Translations under genes and position numbers: made by a program
Notes under the pieces: model-generated
Seen by the model: the letters and a program-made list of their open reading frames with translations, nothing else
Told to the model about the DNA's origin: nothing
Database searches by the model: none
Source of the DNA: Hormiphora californensis
Taxonomy: Eukaryota; Animalia; Ctenophora
Reading direction: 5' to 3'
DNA length: 64,000 nt
Assembly: GCA_020137815.1 (NCBI GenBank)
Contig: CM035351.1
Location: forward strand, 2,418,001 to 2,482,000
In this document: positions 1 to 9,993 of the stretch, piece after piece
Layout of the letters: each line of letters opens with the position of its first letter
Numbering within the stretch: position 1 is the first letter of the stretch

Positions 1-748
1 ACAGTATAGCAACACGAGACAGTACAGTTCAGCAACACAAAACAGTACATTATACAATATATTGATGCGGCTTACCGGCGCTTGTCATTGTGTTTCCAAA
101 CTTCTCCTCAGTGGTTCATATCACCTAGCAGCGGAGGGGATTGTTATGTAATATGTTGTTTGTCATGTCATGATCGAGCAAGCGGAGGGGGTTGGAGCGG
201 AGGGGAGAATTAATCTCGTTTCGGCGAAAATACCTAAAATAAAATGAAATGAATAATCAAATAACAAAATAAATGAAACGTGATGTTTATTGTACTTTAT
301 TATGTTACAGGGCCCAATAATTGAAATCATAAATCCAACAATTGCATTCCAAGTGTACAACTATAGTCTATACATGCAACAGCCAAGCATCAAAGCAGTA
401 AACCGGACCTTTCAAATAAATAATATAACAGTAGGTATTATGCATCATTCATTGCCTATCAAATATGAATATTTTCCACCATCCCCAATTATAACATGCC
501 TGTATTTCTTCTTAAAATCCTTACTAATAAACTTGCACTTTACCAAACTAAGACGCTTGAGATTCATTAGATTATCCATTAAAAACAGGCAATCTTCTTC
601 CGTAACGTCTGTCTAGTGAGAGAGGTCCGAATTCGAGATACGGCGGGAACTTAATTTCATCTGACTCATAATCTCTGTCGTATGATATGCTAAGGTGTTT
701 TAAGTTTTTACAGTGCTGAACCAAGTGTGGCATTATTTGAATCAGTGG

Positions 749-1982
749 TCAAATAAACAGTTCTTCTTCCCATTTAGTCTCATCTATACTCTCACCCCAG
801 TTCATTGTTACACTCTCGAGATTCGGTGCTTTTCGCAAAAAAATCTCCAAAAGGTTTTTGTCACGACTTAGGTTCCTTCCAGTTTTAGTATTTTGATACC
901 AGCATACGGAGGTACATACTAATTCTCTCAACGAAGTCAATCGAATGTCATCACGCTCCTCTATTTGAACGTAATTGGTTTTAAAGTTCGTGAGCGTGTC
1001 TTGAAACTTGGTAAGAATATCAGTCATCATGGGTACATTCTGTATGGCCAGATGAGTCAAACTTCTGTTCTCTACTTGGAGAAGAAACTCGCCTGATAGA
1101 TTGTCCCGTTTCTGTATATCCCAAATCAAGCTTCCTTAGATTAGGGAGTTTAGACAAAACCATCTTAAGGAGTTTGTCATCTGGGTCCGGCTCAATTTGT
1201 AGAAAACTAAGTGCTTCTATATTAGGCGGTGGACTCTCAAACAGGAACTTCATATACTGTTTATTCATTGATCTACCTTCCCTTAGTACACGTTCGAAAC
1301 AGGTTCCAAATTCGACTTCCCTCAGCGATGTACATGGGAAGATTTTAAAACGTAAGAGTCCTAATAAGAAAGTGTTTAAACTACCTGTAATATTTATACT
1401 TTCAACTTTTTGTCGAGATTTCAGAACCATGAATTCTGCCAATTTTTCACTGACAATATCCTCCCACTCATCCGCCACATTCCTATTCCCATTGGCATCA
1501 ATTTCACCGACATTGATACGCAATGACCTGCCCAACCTAAACATCACACTATCAGCAATCCTCTTCCAACGATGACATACAGCAGAATATTGAGCAAAGG
1601 CACGGTAACGACCACTAACAATATCATCATTTGATTCCAACAAAATCCTTTCGAGAATCTCATCTGGAAGGCAATCGATGGTTGTAACGTTTCGTACTGC
1701 TACGTCTTTTTCTACCTTCCTTCGTTTAGTTATGGGTTCATCAGCCTTGCTCGACCCTCTCTCACCGTGTTCATCAATCTCACAAGGTTCATCAATCCAG
1801 GGGGCGTGAAAGCACCGGGGACAGATTCAATTCTCAATACTCTGGACCATTGTGGTAGTCAGGCCACGCAGGGAAACACAGGAGGCGTGAAAGTTCTGCA
1901 AACATGAGGTACACCTGATTTCCACCTGATGTTCTAGGATCTTCGAGCCACAGGGACAGTAATTGTCATCGTGGTATGACAT
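749..1982 (-). pseudogene. PHD finger - F-box - LRR-like gene, intronless, with one in-frame TGA and one frameshift (pseudogene or sequencing errors)
   Basis: Manual translation from ATG 1982 gives MSYHDDNYCPCGSK..IRCTSCLQNFHASCVSL..N*ICPRC, a Cys4-His-Cys3 PHD with TGA at 1827-1829 in the conserved Trp position. It continues in frame into an F-box (TTIDCLPDEILERILLE..SAVCHRWKRI) and LRR-like segments (SLREVEF, NLRKL). A 1-nt shift near 1129 leads into ORF 749-1129 (SLTHLAI, SLRELVC, NLESVTM). Confidence 0.75.
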
Positions 1983-2404
1983 TCTGTAAAGAGTTTTGAT
2001 TGAACGGAAATAGTTTCACAATAGGGAGAGGGAGAAAGGGAGTGAGAGAGATAGAGGGGGGAGAGAAAGGGAGGAAAGAGGATGAATGAAAATGAGTTCC
2101 TGCACATATTGTTGGGGAAAATACACACAGGGCGAGAGGGAAAATATCCTATAAAAGGGAAGGCAACTGTGTCAAAGGGGAGAGGAACTGGTAGTTGAAT
2201 AGGATTCGAAGAACAAAATACGACAAATTGATAAAATAGTAACATTTAAATTAAGAGATAGTATAAAATAAATATTGCTGAGTTTTGGTCATTGCTCTCT
2301 CGGTTAAACACAATAGTCCACCTTGCCAAAGAACACTGATATATGATCTGATGTTTTGAGTGAGAACACTATAATAGATATTGAGAATTGAGATAAGTGA
2401 GGTC

Positions 2405-2916
2405 CTAGTGTACGGGCTCCAATGCTTCCACCATCACAATACTGTTACCTCGGATCACAACCATACCAATGTTAGCGTTTGTAGCGCCTGTGAGGGGATA
2501 TTAGAGTTTAGGTTACGGAGTCGTCGTACTTTTTTCAAATTCAAGATTAATTAGTTATGTAGTATGAAACAATGAACCGGTAACGCACCAGTTACAGATT
2601 TAGACCCTGATATTAGCTGATGCCCGGGCATGTGCTCTAGATCGGAGGCTCGGTAAAGTGTCATCTAGATGATCGCGTGACACAGATTTCCATGTAAACG
2701 AATCGTTCCCTGGAACGCATGCCTTGATATCAGGGCCTCAATCTGTAACTGGTCCCTAACATTACCTGGAGTTGTGTCTATTGTGTCATCCACCACCACG
2801 TTCATGAAGGGATCAAAGCCACGGAGGATACCTGTAACCTGTCTGTTGGCGTTCAACTTCAGCGTCAACCGTTTGTCCATCAACTTCTTCAATTCAGGAG
2901 GGTGTGCCTTACTCAT
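2405..2916 (-). CDS. SNRPG: Small nuclear ribonucleoprotein G (SmG), 2 exons (2916-2766, 2487-2405)
   Basis: Exon 1 reads [44 protein letters not shown]. After a GT-AG intron (2765-2488), exon 2 reads [27 protein letters not shown], containing the Sm2 motif. Confidence 0.96.
2589..2751. mobile_element. Small inverted-repeat element (MITE-like) in the SmG intron
   Basis: Imperfect TIRs ccagttacagatt..ccctgatat / atatcaggg..aatctgtaactgg. Confidence 0.5.
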
Positions 2917-3602
2917 GATTTCCTAGAAAGAAAATAGAGACTTGTAATTCTTGTAACTTTATTTCTGATACAAAAAAACAAAACGCTACCAAAAATGTTC
3001 AGTCTTGGCAGAGTCAATAAAATCAACGGCTACCGACTACTCAGCTTCGACACCCCTTTTCCAAAAATCAGCAGAGTGGGGGCCACAGCAGGGTTGATAC
3101 ATAATTGATGCAAAGCCTGCATTACAATTCGAGTGATTGTTCTGTCCCGTATAATAATACACGCTTCACGCCTACCCAACTAATGAATCACAAACGGTGA
3201 AGGGAACGTCCGAGTTTTTTTTACCGCGAAGGGAAATTTAAATTTTGAACTCGCGGTTTTTTCCAGAGCGAGTCCGATCCCGCCGATTCGTGCGCGGCGT
3301 AGCTATCATTCTCGCGCGGCACAGTGAACTCTTAAAATGAGAAAAGTTAGCGTGTTCCATTTTCGGTTTGAAATTACAATTGCAATGTTGAAGGTGTGCC
3401 CCGCGGTAAGGTGGTTTCTCAACAATTGACGACACTTTTATAATGTAACAAAAAAACAGTATAAACTGAGTTCATATTTTATTTCATATGAGCTAAACTT
3501 GGCCCTGTATGAGCGGCGCCATACCCCATTTGATTCTCTCTCGACAGTGCGCTCAGATGGGTCGCGGCGCCAGACAGACTTGGCCTTTACTTTGAGTTTT
3601 AA

Positions 3603-6600
3603 CCCTTTGGAGACGATTGGGTCACAGGTGACCCACAACTTTGAACCCATGTTGATGTAGCGTCTTTCTAGACCATATTTGAAAGTTTTAAATCGTTTCC
3701 AGGATTGAACCATACATTTTTCTAGCATTTTGAGGTCGTTTTGAGCCTCTGAAGTTGTCGACTTTGGAAAGCAGGGCCAAAACAGTGAATTTGGTAGGCA
3801 AAATGGGTAGTTTAATGGCCATATCTCAAAATTGGTACGAGTATACTTAAAATGGACTTGGAAAATGCAAGAAAAGTGTGTATTTTACCCCGGGGTAAAG
3901 TTTCAGGGTGATATTCCAAATTTTGTGCCTCTCAGAGGCCTTCAAAGTGCTGGGTCACCTGTGACCCAATCGTCCCCTAACGCTAAAACAGGAATTTGCA
4001 TTTTACGAGCATTTCTAAAGGAATGGCTCCCGATAAAAGTCTAAAACGGCATTTTTTAAACAGGTGCTAGCGACTAACCGACTCCATCATTGTTATCTCA
4101 ACATCTTAGGGAGTCGATGAAAAAATTTTTGAGATCCGTGCTCCTTCAGAAAATTTTTCATCTCGGCCAATTTTGAAATTCTAAAATCGGCTACAGATGA
4201 GATAGAGAGGCCCATAGGGTGTGCAAACTGTGCAGAATGGTCGGGTCATGGCTGCAGCCATCACGGAAACTTGGTGGCGGGCAGAATACTCGGACGCACA
4301 GGTTAATATTCCTGGTTTTTCTGTCATCCGCAGCGATCGGGAAGGTAGGGTTGGGGGTGGCTGTGCCCTCTATCTCCACTCATCGGTGACCCCTTCCGAT
4401 CAGATCACATTTTCAGATGAAAGCAACAGTGTTGTGGCGGTATACATTCCAAACATGAACTGTATTATCTCGTCAGTTTACAGGGCTCCCACAGTGCCTG
4501 TGAACCTAGTTCTTGGGATTTTGGAGGAATTTATCTCACGTCACTCGTGTGAAGATTGTCCTCCAGATGTGTTTACGCTTGGTGACTTTAACATGCCTCA
4601 GGTAAACTGGACATCAGTATCAGCGGATCAGGGAAATGCTCTGGTTGACTTTGCTGAGAGAAATTTCCTTACCCAGTTGGTTACAGAGCCTACTAGAGGA
4701 CGGAACATTTTAGACATTGTACTTACAAACAGGGTGGATTATGTTTTTGACACCGATGTATCAGCCACCCAGATGTCGGACCACTCCATGGTGTCTTGTG
4801 TCCTCGGAATCGGGATCCACCAGTCCAAAACAGAACGTGCAGCAGCTGGAAAAGGATTCAAGGCCCTTGACTACCACAACGCAGATTTTACTGCTGCAGG
4901 AGAGGAGTTGAGCAGTATTGATTGGGACACACTCCTATCCTCTTGTATTTCAGACGATGATGGCCACTCAATTGTGCAGTGTATCAGAGAGAAGATACTA
5001 GAGGTATTTGAAAAACACAGCAAGAGAAAGAGGTTTGGTACCCAGAGAAAGAGAGATCCCTACCTGAGAAGACTGAAAAGGAGGCAGAAAAAGCTGAACT
5101 CTCGGATGAAACTGGCCAAGCAGAGATGCTCACACCAGTCCCTCATCGATAAACTCGAACGCAAGATAGACAAGACAGCCGATAAGATTAAGGCGTACTT
5201 GTTAGGCCTGCTGGAAGTAAAGGAGAGGAAAGCCATTGACACTATCAAATCAAATTCACGGTTTTTCTGGTCCTTTGTCAACAAGCACCGAAAAATCAAA
5301 TCGAGTGTGGCTCCACTCCTGAGACCTGATGGTACAGTGACTGATGACCCTCTGGAAAAGTCAAATATTCTCCAGTCGCAATATGTAGGAGTATTCAGTG
5401 ATCCGTCCATGTGCTCGGTTGAGGAGGCTATCAAGGACATTCCTTCTACGACCTGCACGCTAGATGAACTTGACTTCACCCCTGGTTGTATTGAAGCTGC
5501 ACTGGCTGAATTGGACCCCTACGCTGGAGCACCTTCAGATGACATACCTGCGGTTATACTATCAAAGTGCCGGAAACAGCTAGCATACCCACTTTGGTTG
5601 CTCTGGAACCGTTCATTCACTGAGGGTGTTGTACCAGGTTGTCTCAAACGGCAACAGGTGACCCCAATTTTCAAAAAGGGTTCAAAGATGGAGGCTAAAA
5701 ACTATTGCCCTGTTGCCCTCACATCCCATATGATAAAAACTTTTGAAAGGGTTGTGAGGAACAAAGTTGTGGATCACCTGGAGGGAAATGGAATCTTCAA
5801 TGATGATGACACTTCACACGTAGGATTGAGAGCTGTTCCGGCATGGGGTACTGGGATCGGCTCCAACATCTTGGTATCTTGTCCCTCCAGCGGCGTCGTG
5901 AGCGATACATGATTATCCATGTCTGGAAGGTTCTTCATGAGGTAGTTCCAAACGGCACGGGTCTCCTGTTTACTGAGCACACCCGTCTTGGTACCAGAGC
6001 ATTGGTCCCCCGTTACAATTACCTCGCTCAAAAATCCATATCTGGCCCTTATGACTCATCATTCGGTGTTAGAGGAGCGCAGTTGTGGAATTCCCTACCC
6101 CGTGCAGTGAGAGAGTCAACATCACTGCTCGAGTTGAAACAGTCCCTTGGGTCCTACTTAACCACCATCCCCGACCAGCCACCTGTCCGCGGTTACCGGG
6201 TGGAGCACAGTAACTCCTTGATTGATTGGAGAAATGACCCCAGTGTGTTTAAAGAGATGGGCGAATCATAGAAATGTGTTTTGCTTTTCATTGTCATTTG
6301 GCTGATACATATAACCTGCTGACTTTCCATGTCATCTGAGTGTTGGCTCCTTTTGAGCTAAAGCTTTGTGTACAATACTAAATTTATTTACGAATGTTTA
6401 CGAATGTTTACGAATGTTTATATAAGTGTTATGAACAAACATAGGGACTAAAATGAGCGGTTTTCGAGTTATCGGGCAAAATAGCGGCAAAATCTCAATT
6501 CCTATTTTAGCGTTAGGGGACGATTGGGTCACAGGTGACCCAATAGAAATACAGGTGGTAGAACCAAAATTCCTTTTCCTGCGTTCAAGTAGGTTCAAAG

Positions 6601-6661
6601 TGAGTGTCTCCAGAAAGTTTTAGAGAATTCTGTCGACAGGGGGCTTATCGTCCCCAAAGGG
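3603..6661. mobile_element. Non-autonomous piggyBac-type element carrying a LINE insertion
   Basis: Termini TTAA|CCCTTTGGAGACGAT ... ATCGTCCCCAAAGGG|TTAA, with TTAA at 3599-3602 and 6662-6665. Internal inverted repeats tgggtcacctgtgacccaatcgtcccctaacgctaaaa occur at ~3951 and in reverse complement at ~6505. Confidence 0.85.
4190..6420 (+). mobile_element. CR1/L2-group non-LTR retrotransposon ORF2, 5' truncated, RT core deleted
   Basis: APE endonuclease motifs ITETW, YRAP, GDFNMP, TRGRNILD and SDH are present. The RT start (PIFKKG..NYCPVALTS) breaks off near 5800 and jumps to the C-terminal YWDRLQHLGILSLQRRRERY. The 3' tail is tandem (ttacgaatgt)n at ~6388-6420. Confidence 0.92.
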
Positions 6662-7021
6662 TTAATTTGAAAGCTGATAGTATCCCTTCGTTCATATCAG
6701 TTTCACACTCATTCTCACAATGTGATGGTTAACCATGTTTTTAACTTCACACTCAATTCATTTTAGATTCATAGCAAACACAAAAACAAGTACATAAATT
6801 CCCTGGGGGTAGTAAAAAGACCGTATAAATCTCCCTAGCGGCCCCAGTGTCAAAGTATCTCAATCCGACTAGGATCCTGAATTTTTTAAACAAATTTGAC
6901 TAGGATGGAAACAAATTTTTCTATTTAATAATTAAGTTTCAACACATTGATTAATTAACTAGATTATTATATCATAAAAAAGGGTTACATTTAAAAAAAA
7001 ATGTTTTAGATTTCTGTTAAA

Positions 7022-7086
7022 CCTGAGGATCGAACCCGGGTCTCCCGCTTGATAGGCGAGAGTCATACCACTAGACCACCAACCTT
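7022..7086 (-). pseudogene. tRNA-Asp-derived sequence (pseudo-tRNA / SINE head)
   Basis: A box TGGTCTAGTGG, anticodon arm CTCGC-CTATCAA-GCGGG, B box GGTTCGATCC; the acceptor stem does not pair. Confidence 0.65.
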
Positions 7087-7382
7087 ATGCTTAATTCACT
7101 ATTCAACGCTCTATATAATGTTTGGATCTCTAGTCTACAAAGCATGACTTTTCAGCAATTAGCTTGTCGTGCGCTGCGGGATCCGTGACTATCACAGGCT
7201 ACCTCCTAGACTCCCTCTCTACCGACTAGAGATCCTGACATCGATGAGCGAGATCTCACACATATGCACTGACAAGCGTTCTTCTATGATATTGTGATGT
7301 TATCACTATCAGTGTCATGTTACAACACACTGGTATGAACAAAGAGAGAAAAATCATGAAAGTAAAAAGTAAGCCAAATCAC

Positions 7383-7450
7383 CCCATCCGGATTCGAACC
7401 CTGATCATCGGGGTGAGAGTCCATGGTGTAACCACTACACCACTGATGGA
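7383..7450 (-). pseudogene. tRNA-Glu(CTC)-derived sequence (pseudo-tRNA / SINE head)
   Basis: TCCATCAG-TGGTGTAGTGG (A box), loop CT-CTC-AC, GGTTCGAATCC (B box); anticodon and T stems are imperfect. Confidence 0.65.
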
Positions 7451-7763
7451 AAATGTAAGAATGGAGGTGGTGAAAATCAGAGCAAAACAATGTTCTGTAA
7501 ATTAGAGAAAATACATAGATGGTGATTTGAAGTTTGTCATCCCTATTTACCTTGTTTTTTTAAATGTGCTACCATTTTCTCAATTTCTCACTATAATTTT
7601 CCCATTTTAGAAAATTGACTAGATATTTTGGCGATAAAATTGACTAGCAGCCAGGATCCCCGGATACCCGAACTTTGACACTGGGCTAGCGGCTAGCATA
7701 TAACCATGATGATAACAAGTCTTTTTCTGTTCATAACAACTTCAGAGAGGGGCCCTCCCTCTC

Positions 7764-8180
7764 TCAACAAAAGAAAAGTTTCTCACTGATCGAAGATTTG
7801 GAAATGTACTGGGAGAGTTTATCGCCCGTTGCACAGCCCATACTGACCGTGCTGGCAATGTACCCTGGCATGAAGATGTAAGCGGTATAGAAGGACATGG
7901 AGAGAACAAAGATGAGGGAGATATTGAACATCCTCCTCTCCCACGGCTCCAGACAGTACAGACCTGAGCAGGGGGGGGGGGGGGGGGTCATTTTGGTATG
8001 GGAGATATTGAATGGGGGGGGGGGGGTTAGTTTGACATTTTAGTTTGTAGGATTTTATTGTGTCCTAGTTTCTGTAGCTGATCACACGTAGTACGTACCT
8101 GTCCAGAGGCTGTATTTCATCCAAATGACCCAGAAGAAGTACTTTAATCCTGATCTGTCCTTCACGTACTCTTGCTCCAT
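7764..8180 (-). CDS. SPTSSA: Serine palmitoyltransferase small subunit (SPTSSA/B family), 2 exons
   Basis: Exon 1 MEQEYVKDRSGLKYFFWVIWMKYSLWT is spliced (GT ~8098, AG ~7964) to GLYCLEPWERRMFNISLIFVLSMSFYTAYIFMP, matching the LY.LEPWER..FN family motif. Confidence 0.88.
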
Positions 8181-8369
8181 GACGGCTAAATAAATTAAAG
8201 TGGTGAAAAAGGAGATGATCTAGAGTGGGGGACTGGGGGGGGGGCTAGTGGGAGAACAGATATCATATATTTGGATAAAAATAAGGGTTCATCAATTATT
8301 CAAACATTTCAAACATTTCAAATAATATTTCAATATTAAAGAGTTCAGCCTGCCTCATCTCTCTCTCTC

Positions 8370-9908
8370 TCACCCATCGCTACAGCGTTGGTTATAAATC
8401 TTGGTGAATTGTGCCTCAATACTCTCCTTATTATTAAGTAGGAATTTCAGCACAGTATCCTCACTGTTCTCCCTACATGATGTCACGTGACCCTTCAACA
8501 ACTTGACAACATCCTCCTTGCTCGACCTTGATCTCTTACCACCCTCAAGGTCCAACTTGAGATCTGTCTTGGAGGCGAGGTATAGGAGCTCTTCCAGTAG
8601 TTCTATCTGTGTGATGTACTCAAGTAACCCCTTGAACTTGAATATCTTCAGTTCCCGCATGCTGGTGAGTGTCGCCTGGAAATCCTCCCGGAAAGCCTCC
8701 CCATTAAACTGACAGATGACAAGAAGGGAACCCAGAGTTTCCGGATCTCTAAGGTCTGGAATTTCATCTCTCACCATGGCAACGAGAGCCCGGCAAACGT
8801 GTAGAAGTAGTTTGGAGCGAGTACTGGCCACCAGGCTGAACGAGGTGCTAGCATCGTCTCTGTGGTGTAGGGTAATATCGGGGACTTTCTGTCGGTAGGT
8901 CGAGGTGTTCTCAGAAGGAAGGTTGTTCAATATCTTCCAGAGTGAGGCTGTGGACCTGCTGGCCAGGCCATCTTGGATAAGTAATCGTTGGGCATCTGAA
9001 ATGTTTATGAAGGAGTTTAATGTAAAGAACACGTTCTGATTCTATTAGAAATTAAACATGTCCGTGGATGAATTTCAAGTGACCTATATAAGGAACATTG
9101 AGGAACCTACAGAGACACCCCTCCTAACATGTTTCTGCCTGAAAATCTACTGGAACGCTTACTGGGCTAAAATCTTTAAACAAAGAACGGGCAAGACACT
9201 AAAATGCCGCCCAAAACGTCCCGTGTTTACGAATGGATCTCGATGGATCAGTGATGATGATGTGCTCTCAGATCATACCGGGATCATACCTTGGGGAAAG
9301 AATGCCGAGTGAGTGGTCTGTAAGTGGTGCATGTCATCATCCCCTGTGTAGAGTGAGACGTCACAGAGGAAGAGGGAAAACCATCGCCACCGAGATGAAC
9401 ATAACTCCCGGCATTCACCAGAGAACATGCCATCTTTTTTTAACACTCTGTGTAAATCATGTTAATTAATGTTAATGTCATTCAAACGAAATATCAAACA
9501 ACTTTATGAGGAATTCATTCTGTTAATTGACTATTCTAAACACCCTTTATTTACATACCCAAAAGCATCGGATGCTGTTTGAAAAGAGTTGGTAATACTG
9601 CCAGCGGATTCAGAAACACTCAGTGTGGTTCTCCTCCTCTTATTGGCTGGTTCACCTCCCCTATCTTCCTGATCTCGTTTAGTAGTCGACCCTGCCTCCT
9701 CAGATGTATTTGTGCTATTATTGGCTGCTCCCTTTACCAAGATGAGGGATAGGGAATCAATGGTTTTGATGTACCGGAAACCGTTTTCTAGCATCGTTAT
9801 CAGAGAATTATAAAACTCTCCGATTCCTTCATATGATGCCTCCTGAAACGGGTAACAAGCGTGACGTAGATGAATAGTGTTTGATAAATGATAGGGAGAT
9901 GGGAGAGG

Positions 9909-9993
<85 letters not shown>

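Larger units (their letters stand above)
6843..7685. mobile_element. hAT-like MITE with 8-bp TSD containing two tRNA-derived units
   Basis: TIRs CCCAGTGTCAAAGT / ACTTTGACACTGGG; TSD CTAGCGGC at 6835-6842 and 7686-7693; repeated gactag motifs near both ends. Confidence 0.85.

Noticed and set aside
70-620. Short ORFs 163-360 and 290-616, and a possible small minus-strand exon at ~76-125
   Set aside because: The ORFs are AT-rich with no recognisable motifs, and the possible exon cannot be tied to a gene within the window.
1827-1829. TGA=Trp recoding or selenocysteine
   Set aside because: Other genes here use TGG for Trp and TGA as stop, and the same gene also has a frameshift, so a point mutation or error is more likely.
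7022-7450. Functional tRNA genes
   Set aside because: The stems do not pair fully, the Asp-like unit has an atypical ATC anticodon, and both lie inside a MITE.
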